From: Eubacteriales bacterium
Lineage (GTDB): Bacteria > Bacillota > Clostridia > Oscillospirales > CAG-272
Assembly: GCA_045577755.1 (NCBI GenBank)
Contig: JAZNJA010000252.1
Span: 14,271 to 78,270 of the forward strand
Length of the DNA: 64,000 nucleotides
Reading direction: 5' to 3'
In this document: positions 15,120 to 23,334 of the stretch, piece by piece
How the letters are laid out: the number at the start of each line of letters is the position of its first letter
Position numbering within the stretch: position 1 is the stretch's first letter
Made by a program: the position numbers and the translations under genes
Notes under the pieces: generated by a model
The model's database searches: none
What the model was told of the DNA's origin: nothing
Seen by the model: only the letters and a program-made list of their open reading frames with translations

Positions 15120-17569
15120 CCCCCCTTCGCCACAAGCTGCCCGTTTTTCACCGTATAGTACGGATTCCCGGGGTCAACCGTGACCGTGACCAGAAGCCCT
15201 GACAGGGCGTTGTCCCAGACGTAGCGGACGGTCTTGGGGATATACACGGAGGTGGTGAACAGGGGGAGGAGGCGGCCCTTCATGTAGATGCCGTCCTCGC
15301 TGATGAGACCGATGGATACGACGGTGTAGAGGCGGTCGCCATAGGCGACGGTCTCGGGGACGGTGAGCTGTCTTCCGCTTGTTACCTCCACCAGCTGGAC
15401 TTGGTTATAGCCCACGACGGCGTAGGTCATGCCCTCCACACGGAAGATCTCACGCAAGGTGGGATCGCTTCCCTTGTAGGGGCTCTCGGCACGGGGTGGG
15501 ATGGCGTCGGACATATCCAGAGTGAGCTGGGGATCCCACCGCACCGTATGGTCGTCCATAAAGGTGGCGGAGCCTGTGAAGGTGTAATCATACCCCGCCT
15601 CGATACCGTCGCGGACGTAGTAGTAGAGGACGTCCTGCGTGTCGGTGACGAGGAAATACTTGTAGTCGGTACCCAAGGGGGAGTGGGTTTTGTCGTCCCA
15701 GGTGATGTCGCACCAGTACCATTGGCCGTCGTCCATGCGTACCAGATTCCAAAGGTGACCAACGCCGCGGGAAAGCCCCGGGACCTGGATGCAATCCACC
15801 CCGTGGAAATTCAGCATGAGGCTGTAGGCCTCGGCAAAGCCCTCGCAGACCACGCCGCGGAGGTCCTTATCGAAAAGCCCGATGATATTGTGGGCCCAGG
15901 GATCGTCCCGTGGAGTCTCTCCGTCCTCCTCGTAGGCGTAGTCGGCGGTGGCCAGAAGCATTTCATAGTAGGCCAGGGCGATACGGTAGGGTGAGGCCTC
16001 GCCATAGACCGACGCGGCCATCTCGGCGGCACCGCTGTAGACGATCTCGTTGCAGGCGGCGCGATCCTCTCCGTCGGCGTACGCCTCGTCGATGCAGAAG
16101 TATAGATGAGTGGAGCTGTATACGTAGAAATTGGACACCCAGTAGAACAGGGGGTGGTCGTAGACGTAGCAGAACCGCACCGATGCCGCCTCCTCCAGGG
16201 TGAGACCGTACCGCTTGTAGTCCATCTTGGCGGCGTAGTAGCGGACGGAGCCATCGGACAGCTTGACCGTATTCGCATAGTCCATTCGGGTGTGGAAGGC
16301 GGTCATTTCGCTGTGGACATCCTTGTAGAAGCTCTGCAGGGCGGCGGCGTTGGGCTTGGTACCCAGATATTCGTAGAAGTAATCGGAATGGTAGCGCTCC
16401 GGATCGCGGAAGGCCTCCTCCAGCTCGGCCTCGGCAGGCTTGACCAGGATCTCCAGGGTAGCGGCCTCGCTGTCACGGTACTTGCCCAGGGGGTCGCTGA
16501 CGGTCACCGACAGGGTGTAGGTGCCTTCACGGGTCAGAAGATCGGCTCCCAGTGTGACGGCGGAGCTCTCGCCGTCCGTCAACCGAAGCGCTTCCTCTCC
16601 TTCGGGCGTGCGGAGTATAGTGGTGTAGGTATAGAGGCCATCCTCTTCGGGGGAATTCCAGGTGACCGTCACCGGCTTACCGACGTAGGTGACTATGCGC
16701 GTACCCGTGATGAAGGCGGGAGGCTCCAGTGGGTGGCGCATGGGGACGTATACCTTCAGCTCGGCCGGAGCTTGGGCGGTTTCGGGAACTCCATGCCCCT
16801 CCTCAGCGTAGAGCGCGTAGAGTCGGAGTGTGTAGGTGGCCCCTTCCGCAGGGAGAATCAGGGTATGGGAGGTGGCGTCGGTATCCGCCAGGATGGTTGC
16901 TTCCTCGCCGCCCTCCTCGGTCACCGTCAGGGTGTAGACAACGGGATAAAGACCGTCAGCCTCCTGCCAGGTGAGGGTCAGGCTTTCACCGAAGGGGTGA
17001 GTCAGCTCACCGCTCTCGTTGAAGGCGGGGGTGGGACAGGTGGCACGGTGGCCGCAGATCCCGCACAGGTAGGCGGTGTAAGCGTGACCTGTGGGAGGGA
17101 TCTCTGTGGGGTTTCTCAGGATCTCACCGCAGTCTCCACAGACTGCGCCCTCGGTTTTGCCCGCCTCGGTGCAGGTTGAGGGTACCGACGGGACGGGTAC
17201 GGGAGTATGGGGGCACGGTGGGACCTCCGGAAACGTAGTCACCTCCGGCGCGGTCTCGGTGTCGGCGGAGCTGTCCGTTTCGACGTCCTGTGAGGGATCC
17301 TCATCGGTGGCCGCACAGGACTCATCGGAAGAGGTCTGTGCGGGGGGCATGACGGTCTCTTCCTCGGTATCGATATGAGTCGAGGTCTCGGTCGTCTCCT
17401 TCGTAACGGTCTCGGCGGGAGGCAGGGTGTCGGCGGGAGGGCCGGGAAGGATATCGCAGGACACCAAAGCCGTCAGTAGGACCGGCACGACCGCCGGCAG
17501 CAGCCACTTGATCAGCCCGACTCCTTTGCGGTCGCGGCCTCCCCTGTGCGTAGCTTGTGATTTCACCAT
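15116..17569 (-). CDS. Membrane/lipid-anchored protein with Cys-rich segment, Ig-like repeats, transglutaminase-like Cys-protease core and C-terminal BspA-type LRR
   Basis: N-terminal hydrophobic segment ending LTALVSC. CxxC-rich stretch (AVCGDCGE...LCGICGH). Cys-His-Asp core pattern VCEGFAEAY ... GHLWNLV ... WYWCDITWDD. C-terminal VPETVAY...YTVVSIG...IPKTVRYV LRR_5-like units. ATG overlaps the upstream gene stop (ATGGTGA), GGAGGT RBS. Confidence 0.65.
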   Translation of the reverse strand: MVKSQATHRGGRDRKGVGLIKWLLPAVVPVLLTALVSCDILPGPPADTLPPAETVTKETTETSTHIDTEEETVMPPAQTSSDESCAATDEDPSQDVETDSSADTETAPEVTTFPEVPPCPHTPVPVPSVPSTCTEAGKTEGAVCGDCGEILRNPTEIPPTGHAYTAYLCGICGHRATCPTPAFNESGELTHPFGESLTLTWQEADGLYPVVYTLTVTEEGGEEATILADTDATSHTLILPAEGATYTLRLYALYAEEGHGVPETAQAPAELKVYVPMRHPLEPPAFITGTRIVTYVGKPVTVTWNSPEEDGLYTYTTILRTPEGEEALRLTDGESSAVTLGADLLTREGTYTLSVTVSDPLGKYRDSEAATLEILVKPAEAELEEAFRDPERYHSDYFYEYLGTKPNAAALQSFYKDVHSEMTAFHTRMDYANTVKLSDGSVRYYAAKMDYKRYGLTLEEAASVRFCYVYDHPLFYWVSNFYVYSSTHLYFCIDEAYADGEDRAACNEIVYSGAAEMAASVYGEASPYRIALAYYEMLLATADYAYEEDGETPRDDPWAHNIIGLFDKDLRGVVCEGFAEAYSLMLNFHGVDCIQVPGLSRGVGHLWNLVRMDDGQWYWCDITWDDKTHSPLGTDYKYFLVTDTQDVLYYYVRDGIEAGYDYTFTGSATFMDDHTVRWDPQLTLDMSDAIPPRAESPYKGSDPTLREIFRVEGMTYAVVGYNQVQLVEVTSGRQLTVPETVAYGDRLYTVVSIGLISEDGIYMKGRLLPLFTTSVYIPKTVRYVWDNALSGLLVTVTVDPGNPYYTVKNGQLVAKGG

Positions 17570-18336
17570 GCCTTACCTCCGTAGGTCTGCTTAGCCTTTC
17601 GCAGGCTCTCCTCAACGGGTTCCAGGGGGCTGTATTCCAGACCGCAGGCTCCCGTGTAGCCTGCCTGGTCGATGGCTTTAAAGATATACCGATAGTTCAG
17701 CTCCCCGTACCACAGCTCATGTCGGCCGGGGTGGCCCGCGGCATGGAGGTGGGCTATGAGATCCAGATTGTGGGTAACGGTGGGGATGATATCCCCCTCG
17801 GTGATCTGCTGATGGTAGATATCGTAGATAACCTTGACGTAGGGGGAGTCCACCTCGCGGACTATGTCAAAGGCCTCGGCGGCGGTGGTGAGGTAGTAGC
17901 CCGGGTGGTTGACCTTGATATTGAGGGGCTCGGGCATGACGGTTATGCCGTAGTCCTCCAGGATGGGCTTGGCCAGGCGGAAGGTCTCCACGATGGCTTC
18001 GTGTTGCCGCGCTCGTGGAGCACCTGTGTCGGGGCCTACCTGGGTAATGAGCCGCTTGGTACCCAGGCGGGAGGCGGCCTCGCAGGCCTCCTTCAGGGCA
18101 TTGAGCCAGTTCTCTCGGTAAGCGGGATGAGTCATACGGGTCTCCATGACCAAAAGGCTGACCAGCTCCACACCGCACTCCTCAAGCACGGGCTTGATTT
18201 CTTTGGGATCAAAGCCGTGCCAGTCGTAGGCCTCCACCGCGTCGTAGCCAAGGGCGGCCACGGTACGGATCGCTGAGATGATCTCCTGGGTACTGTTCAG
18301 GGAAAAGTGACAGGGGAGAGGAACGCATAGTCTCAT
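17563..18336 (-). CDS. Sugar phosphate isomerase/epimerase (xylose-isomerase-like TIM barrel, hydroxypyruvate-isomerase-like)
   Basis: Length and motifs typical of the AP-endonuclease-2/Hyi TIM-barrel family (GYDAVE..., EPLN..., AHLHAAG...PGRHELWYGELNY). GGAGG RBS and perfect promoter upstream. Confidence 0.75.
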   Translation of the reverse strand: MRLCVPLPCHFSLNSTQEIISAIRTVAALGYDAVEAYDWHGFDPKEIKPVLEECGVELVSLLVMETRMTHPAYRENWLNALKEACEAASRLGTKRLITQVGPDTGAPRARQHEAIVETFRLAKPILEDYGITVMPEPLNIKVNHPGYYLTTAAEAFDIVREVDSPYVKVIYDIYHQQITEGDIIPTVTHNLDLIAHLHAAGHPGRHELWYGELNYRYIFKAIDQAGYTGACGLEYSPLEPVEESLRKAKQTYGGKAW

Positions 18337-18413
18337 GGGAAGCCTCCATAAAGCGGGATTTGGGAGGATGGAAGGACGGAACGCCGGGCGGTCCCTCTCC
18401 TCCTCTCCTCCAC

Positions 18414-18442
18414 ATTATACCATTCACCGGGCCGTTTGTCAA
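18414..18442 (-). promoter_or_regulatory. SigA-type promoter, isomerase/transglutaminase-like operon
   Basis: Minus strand: TTGACA (18437-18442), 17 nt, TATAAT (18414-18419). Confidence 0.8.
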
Positions 18443-18519
18443 GAGTGTCCCCCTGCCGCGGACCATATTGCCGGAATTCTCTGTTATCCGTCCTTTTCCC
18501 CTTTATGTCCTCCGCCCCC

Positions 18520-18548
18520 TTGACAAAATCCGCGGAATATACTATAAT
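18520..18548 (+). promoter_or_regulatory. SigA-type promoter, MFS transporter gene
   Basis: TTGACA (18520-18525), 17 nt, TATAAT (18543-18548). Divergent from the promoter at 18414-18442. Confidence 0.8.
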
Positions 18549-18585
18549 GTTGGTGTGAATTTCCCCACCCGTAAGGAGTGCTGCC

Positions 18586-19842
18586 ATGACCACGAATTTC
18601 AAACGAACCCGATTCGCCTGCTACGCGGCTTATTTCACCATGTCCTCCATCTTTTGCGTCCCCCCGCTTCTGTTCGTTACCCTTCGGGAGACCTACGGCA
18701 TATCCTATACCCTCCTCGGGACCCTGGTTCTGACCAATTTCTGTACCCAGCTGGGGATCGATCTCATCTTTACCTTCTTTACCAAATACTTCAACACCAA
18801 ACGGGTGGTACGGCTGATGCCTCTCATTACCTCCCTGGGCCTTGCGCTGTATGCCCTCATTCCCACCCTCATGCCTCGGTTCGCTTACGTCGGGCTTTTG
18901 CTGGGTACCGTGATTTTCTCGGTCTCGGCCGGACTATCGGAGGTACTGCTCAGCCCCACCATCGCCGCTATGCCCTCGGACAATCCTCAAAGGGATATGA
19001 GCGCCCTCCATTCCCTCTACGCCTTCGGTGTCTTTGCCATGGTGCTGTTTAGCACCCTGTTTCTGCGGGTGTTCGGCAACGAGCGCTGGCAGGTACTGGT
19101 ATGGATCCTGGCCTGCCTGCCCGTGATCCCCGCGATCCTGTTCATGGTCTCGCCCATGCCCGATATGGATCTGCAGAGCGACAGCACCGCTCAGGGAGGC
19201 ACCAAACGCCGTGCCCTGGCTATGGCCCTCTGCGTTGGGTGTATTTTCTTAGGCAGCTGCGCCGAGAACGCCATGAGTAACTGGATCTCGGGCTTTATGG
19301 AAAACGCCCTGCGCATCGACAAGGCCCTGGGCGATATTCTGGGTGTGGCGGCCTTCGCCATTCTTCTGGGTCTGGCCCGCATCGCCTACGCCCGCTTTGG
19401 CAAGCGTATCATGGGGGTTCTTTTCATCGGGATGGCGGGAGCGACTCTCTGCTACCTCACCGTTGGATTGACGCGCAGCACCGCCGTAGCCTTTGTCGCT
19501 TGTATTCTGACGGGTCTGTTCACCGCCATGCTGTGGCCCGGCACGCTCATCATGATGGAGGAGAATATCCCCCACGTGAGTGTGGCCGCCTACGCGCTTA
19601 TGGCGGCGGGCGGGGATCTGGGTGCCTCCATCGCCCCCCAACTGCTGGGCATCGTTGTCGACAAGGTCTCGGTCTCCTCTCTAGCCGCGGATCTAAGCTT
19701 CAGAACGGGCTTGGCACCTGAACAGATCGGCCTTAAGGCAGGAATGCTTGTCTGCGCCCTGTTCCCTCTTCTGGGCACGGTGCTGGTGCTGGTCATCATG
19801 CGGTTTTTCCGCAAAAACGCGCCCAACGCCTCCAATTCGTAA
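18586..19842 (+). CDS. MFS-type transporter (putative)
   Basis: 418 aa, about 12 hydrophobic helices in a 6+6 arrangement with a central loop. AAGGAG RBS and perfect promoter. Substrate not inferable. Confidence 0.6.
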   Translation: MTTNFKRTRFACYAAYFTMSSIFCVPPLLFVTLRETYGISYTLLGTLVLTNFCTQLGIDLIFTFFTKYFNTKRVVRLMPLITSLGLALYALIPTLMPRFAYVGLLLGTVIFSVSAGLSEVLLSPTIAAMPSDNPQRDMSALHSLYAFGVFAMVLFSTLFLRVFGNERWQVLVWILACLPVIPAILFMVSPMPDMDLQSDSTAQGGTKRRALAMALCVGCIFLGSCAENAMSNWISGFMENALRIDKALGDILGVAAFAILLGLARIAYARFGKRIMGVLFIGMAGATLCYLTVGLTRSTAVAFVACILTGLFTAMLWPGTLIMMEENIPHVSVAAYALMAAGGDLGASIAPQLLGIVVDKVSVSSLAADLSFRTGLAPEQIGLKAGMLVCALFPLLGTVLVLVIMRFFRKNAPNASNS

Positions 19843-19847
19843 AGTAA

Positions 19848-19881
19848 GGGTGTCTCACCGTAGGTGAGGCACCCTCTTTTT
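19848..19881. terminator. Intrinsic terminator between convergent MFS and apbE genes
   Basis: 12-bp stem GGGTGTCTCACC / GGTGAGGCACCC (19848-19859 / 19863-19874) followed by TCTTTTT. Confidence 0.8.
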
Positions 19882-19891
19882 CTTGCGTTTT

Positions 19892-20953
19892 TCAGGATAC
19901 GTCTACTTTTCTTTCCTCAAAGCCCTGTGAATAGAGCTGTGTCCCGTCGGGCAATACCCAGACAGCCTCGGTATCGGGAAGGGCGTTCACCAGGGCCACG
20001 CCCTCCTCGTAGGTCATGCAGAACAGGGCTGTGGATAGGGCGTCACCATCGGCGGAGCTTTTGGTGAGCACGGAGACTGAGGTAAAGCCCACGGCGGGCA
20101 TGAGGGTCTCGGGGTCAATGATATGGTGGTAGGGCTTACCGTCCACCAGGTAGTATCGCTGATAGGAGCCACTGGTGACCAAGGATTCCCCAACCAGGTG
20201 AAGGTAGGCGATGTAGGGCTCCTCGGCCTCCTCGAAGGGGGTCTCGATCCCCGCTACCCAGGGCGCACCGTCTCCCTTGACGCCTACGGTGCGTACGTTC
20301 CCCCCTACGTTGATGACGTATCCGCTGATCCCCCGCGCCTCCAGGGTCCGCGCCGCCATTTCCACGGCGTAGCCCTTTGCGATGGCCCCCACGTCCAGGG
20401 TCATGGCGGGGTCGGAAATGTGAACGGTGCAGTTCTCCTCGTCGATGATCAGGCTTTCCATGCTGGTATGGCGGGCGGCTTCTCTGAGGGCCTCCATGGG
20501 AGGCAGCTCAGCGGAGGCGGGATCGCTCATGCCAAGAGTACGGTAGTCGTGCCAGATAGACAGGACGCTGCCCATGGCGATATTGACGCGGCCGCCCGTC
20601 CTTTCGTGCATCTCCTTGGCGTAGAGCAAGAGGTCGATGACGCGTCGATCCACCCGCACGGTACGGTGGCTGCCATCCACCAGCTCGTTGACGGTGCAGA
20701 GATTCTCCAGGCCGTCGAAGCGGTGGTAGATGGTGAAGAGGCGGTGGTATTCCCGCAGCTCAGCCAGCACACCGTTGGCGATCTCGTCAAAGGCCTCACG
20801 GCTTTCGGCATAGCCCGTGACCGTGGTGACGGTATCGAAATAATCAAAGGAGTGCGCGGAATAGGAGGAGGGCTTTGGGCTGCAGGCAGACAGGCCAAGA
20901 CCGCCCAAAAGCAGACAGATCGACAGCGAAACACATAATAGTTTGGACTTCAT
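19892..20953 (-). CDS. apbE: FAD:protein FMN transferase (ApbE family) lipoprotein
   Basis: Lipobox GLSAC. ApbE signatures DVGAIAKGYAV, VTSGSYQRYY...YHHIIDPETL, DGDALSTALF. Track ORF trimmed to ATG 20951-20953 behind a GGAG RBS. Confidence 0.88.
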   Translation of the reverse strand: MKSKLLCVSLSICLLLGGLGLSACSPKPSSYSAHSFDYFDTVTTVTGYAESREAFDEIANGVLAELREYHRLFTIYHRFDGLENLCTVNELVDGSHRTVRVDRRVIDLLLYAKEMHERTGGRVNIAMGSVLSIWHDYRTLGMSDPASAELPPMEALREAARHTSMESLIIDEENCTVHISDPAMTLDVGAIAKGYAVEMAARTLEARGISGYVINVGGNVRTVGVKGDGAPWVAGIETPFEEAEEPYIAYLHLVGESLVTSGSYQRYYLVDGKPYHHIIDPETLMPAVGFTSVSVLTKSSADGDALSTALFCMTYEEGVALVNALPDTEAVWVLPDGTQLYSQGFEERKVDVS

Positions 20954-20968
20954 GAAATACTCCGTGTG

Positions 20969-20996
20969 CAAAAACGGGAGGCTGAGCCCCCCGTTT
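20969..20996 (-). terminator. Weak terminator/attenuator between the FMN_bind-like lipoprotein gene and apbE
   Basis: Imperfect stem AACGGGAGG / CCCCCCGTT with a TTTTT run on the minus strand. Sits 15 nt after the stop at 21011. Confidence 0.45.
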
Positions 20997-21010
20997 CGTT
21001 TGGTTGTGGA

Positions 21011-21988
21011 TCAGCCGATCTTGGCGGCGGCCTTGGTCAGGCCGTTGACCAGGATGGTGCAGCCTGCGGTCTTGACCTCGTCGGTGCCGTAGTTGTCAGC
21101 GGCGCAAAGAGCCTTGATCTCAGCGGCGGTCTTGCCCACGCAGAGAGCGTTGAAGGCATCGGCCTGCTCGAACCACTCCTTAGCGGCGCCACCATAGGCG
21201 ACCATGCCGTAATTGGCACCGGCCTCACGCTTGGAGGAGATGGTCTTGGTGGTGTCCAGGGTAGAAGCACCGGTTGCGTTGAAGGTAAACTTGACCTGAA
21301 CGCAGTCGGAAGCGGCAACCAGAACCTTACCCTCGGCATCCACGGCGGCGGCGAAGATGGTGGTCTCGACCTGGTTGGAGCCATCCTTCTCCTCGGTGGC
21401 GTCGGCGGTGGTCTGCTCCACGTTCATGCCCAGCTTGAGGGCGGACTCGGCGGTAGCGGCAGAATCGGTCAGGTTCGCAAAAGCCTTCTCGATGGCGCCC
21501 ACGAACTCGTGGATCATGATGGTGCAGCCTGCGGCGATCACGTCAGAGTTGCCCTTGTTGCCCTCGGCGACCAGAGCCTTGATCTCGTCCAGGGTCTTGC
21601 CGACCACGAATGCCTCAAAGGCATCGGCCTGCTCGAACCACTCCTTGGCGGCACCGCCGTAGGTGACCATGTTGTAGTCCTTGCCCTGCTCGTACTTGGT
21701 CTTGAAGCCATCGTTTGCTACAGCCTTACCGTCAGCGGTGAACTTCACGGTGAGGTCGGCGGTGTCCAGCTGGCAGGCCACGACCTTACCCTCGGCATCC
21801 ACGGTGATGACGGCGGCGGTGATGGCAACCTTACCCTGACCGTCCTTGTCCTCGGAGGCGTCGGCGGTGGTGGGGGTTGCGGTGTAGACACCCAGACCCA
21901 TCTTCACGGTGGCGGGAGCCTTCTCACAGCCAACGAAGGCAGCGGTGAGCATGAGAATGCTGAGAACAATGCAGATAAGCTTTTTCAT
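21011..21988 (-). CDS. Lipoprotein made of two tandem FMN_bind-like domains (PplA-like candidate flavinylation substrate)
   Basis: Lipobox FVGC. Internal duplication of about 145 aa. Both halves contain YGGAAKEWFEQADAF and end in AAGCTI / TAGCTI followed by a helix, resembling the (S/A)GAT flavinylation end of FMN_bind domains. Next to apbE. Confidence 0.5.
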   Translation of the reverse strand: MKKLICIVLSILMLTAAFVGCEKAPATVKMGLGVYTATPTTADASEDKDGQGKVAITAAVITVDAEGKVVACQLDTADLTVKFTADGKAVANDGFKTKYEQGKDYNMVTYGGAAKEWFEQADAFEAFVVGKTLDEIKALVAEGNKGNSDVIAAGCTIMIHEFVGAIEKAFANLTDSAATAESALKLGMNVEQTTADATEEKDGSNQVETTIFAAAVDAEGKVLVAASDCVQVKFTFNATGASTLDTTKTISSKREAGANYGMVAYGGAAKEWFEQADAFNALCVGKTAAEIKALCAADNYGTDEVKTAGCTILVNGLTKAAAKIG

Positions 21989-22037
21989 GAGTATTCTCCT
22001 TGATTTTTCATGGATTTCCGTATTTACATACAGATAG

Positions 22038-22066
22038 ATTGTATCACATCAAGTCATATTTGTCAA
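22038..22066 (-). promoter_or_regulatory. SigA-type promoter, FMN_bind-like lipoprotein (and apbE)
   Basis: Minus strand: TTGACA (22061-22066), 17 nt, TACAAT (22038-22043). About 50 nt upstream of ATG 21988. Confidence 0.65.
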
Positions 22067-22113
22067 TGGCTTTCATATGACTTTTTTGGGCTATTTTTTG
22101 CATTTTGTAGGAA

Positions 22114-22608
22114 TCACCGAATCCGCACCCGTTTGACCGCGAAACTACCGCAAAGACCAACAAAAACACCCGATACGATGCCCGTGACCGCCAGTACGAT
22201 CATGTAGTAGCCCAGCCCCGCCGTGCTCAAAAGGAGCATGGCCATGAGGATCTGACCTACGTTATGGAGCACTCCTCCCGCCACGCTGACGCCCGTGACC
22301 GAAAAGAGCCCGGTCTTTTTCAGAAGTGACATCCCCAAAAGGCTCAAAAAACCTCCCGCCAGGCTGTAGGGGAGAGTGGCGGGATTGAAGATGAGGGAGA
22401 CGGCCAGGATACGGACGAAGGAAACGGCGGCGGCCTCCCTCCAGCCAAAGCGGTAGAGGATGAAGATGATGGCGACGTTGGGGAGTCCCAGCTTGATGCC
22501 CGGGACGGCGGTGGTCAGCGGGGGAAGCTGACTTTCCACCCAGGCCAGCACCATGGCGATGGCGGTACAGAGGCCCAGCAGGGCGAGCTTTTTGGCAGGG
22601 TGCTTCAT
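22114..22608 (-). CDS. Gx transporter family membrane protein (PF07456-like)
   Basis: Track ORF 22114-22917 trimmed to ATG 22606-22608 behind an AGGAGG RBS; the upstream 100 codons are a read-through of a repeat element. MKHPAKKLALLGL..., PGIKLGLPNV, VSVAGGVLHNVGQI are typical of this family. Confidence 0.8.
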   Translation of the reverse strand: MKHPAKKLALLGLCTAIAMVLAWVESQLPPLTTAVPGIKLGLPNVAIIFILYRFGWREAAAVSFVRILAVSLIFNPATLPYSLAGGFLSLLGMSLLKKTGLFSVTGVSVAGGVLHNVGQILMAMLLLSTAGLGYYMIVLAVTGIVSGVFVGLCGSFAVKRVRIR

Positions 22609-22649
22609 GGGGGGCCTCCTTTCGGGGAAATGGGGGATGAGTGGTTGTT

Positions 22650-22916
22650 GAAAATTTGGGCTTGTCGGTAAGATCTTATCTCGCGCGAAGCGCATATCGA
22701 GTCCCGCAGGGACATATCGAATGCCGTAAGGCATATATCGAGTCCCGCAGGGACATATCGACATACGACCTTTTGTCGATATACCCCCTTTGGGAGTTCG
22801 ATATGCCTTTGGCTCGATATGCCGCTCTCGCGGCTCGATATGCCGCTCTCGCGGCTCGATATGCCGCTCTCGCGGCTCGATATGCACCCTTCGGATGCGG
22901 GATAAACCCAAATTCA
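22650..22916. repeat. Repeat-family copy C (hairpin-array type, ATATCGA/TCGATAT heptamers)
   Basis: Termini TGAAAATTTGGGCTTGTCGGT (22650-) and CGGGATAAACCCAAATTCA (-22916). Four [hairpin + ATATCGA] units (heptamers at 22694, 22714, 22735, 22755), centre 22762-22775, six [TCGATAT + hairpin] units (22776, 22798, 22814, 22835, 22856, 22877). Confidence 0.85.
22814..22876. repeat. Perfect 3 x 21-bp tandem repeat inside copy C
   Basis: TCGATATGCCGCTCTCGCGGC at 22814-22834, 22835-22855 and 22856-22876. It translates as the artefactual HIEPRER x3 in the track ORF. Confidence 0.95.
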
Positions 22917-23330
22917 CGCGATCACATCGGGTGCCTCTTCCCCGCCGATGACCGTAATAATCACCTTATGGGGCAGGCAGACAATGCTCTCTCCCTCGCG
23001 GGAGATGGGCTTGTGGGCGGCGCAGATGCCGTCGGGACAGGTGGCGGTGGTGACGGTGGCTTTGCCATCCTTGATGACGAGGAGGTTCAGCTCCTCCCGG
23101 TTCGCCCCTGTGACGATCCTCACCTCGCGGTCCACCGACAAGGGATAGGTACCCATAAGGGTGCCGTCCACCTCTACCCGTACTGCGCTTCCCTCCCCCC
23201 GCAGGAGAAACAGGCAAAGCGCCGCGACGGCCACGGCGGCCAGGATAGCGGCGATGAGGAGCAGGTCGTTTCTGAACTTACGCCCACCGCCGTGGGCGGT
23301 GGGCTTGGTGGTTTGATTGGTTTGATTCAT
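22914..23330 (-). CDS. NusG domain II-containing protein (DUF1312-like), N-terminal TM anchor
   Basis: TM helix then VEVDGTLMGTYPLSVDREVRI...LNLLVIKDGKATVTTATCPDGICAAHKPISREGESIVCLPHKVIITV. Starts 5 nt after the rnfB stop. Confidence 0.75.
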   Translation of the reverse strand: MNQTNQTTKPTAHGGGRKFRNDLLLIAAILAAVAVAALCLFLLRGEGSAVRVEVDGTLMGTYPLSVDREVRIVTGANREELNLLVIKDGKATVTTATCPDGICAAHKPISREGESIVCLPHKVIITVIGGEEAPDVIA

Positions 23331-23334
23331 AGAA

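Noticed and set aside
22052-22090. GTCATAT...ATATGAC hairpin followed by TTTTTT as a terminator after the Gx transporter gene
   Set aside because: The T-run is on the plus strand whereas the surrounding genes are on the minus strand. The stem overlaps the -35 box of the better-supported minus-strand promoter at 22038-22066.
22683-22898. Possibility that the ATATCGA-punctuated arrays are CRISPR arrays
   Set aside because: The repeat is only 7 nt. The 'spacers' are 9-22 nt and self-complementary. The array is mirror-symmetric around a centre. No cas genes or leader lie nearby. This is incompatible with CRISPR architecture.
22609-22917. N-terminal about 100 codons of track ORF 22114-22917 (MNLGLSRIRRVHIEPRERHIEPRERHIEPRER...), and likewise 35673-35966 of ORF 34572-35966
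   Set aside because: These codons are translations of repeat copies C and D; the HIEPRER x3 is the 21-bp DNA tandem. Both genes have canonical internal ATG starts with AGGAGG/AGGAGA RBSs and family-typical N-termini.
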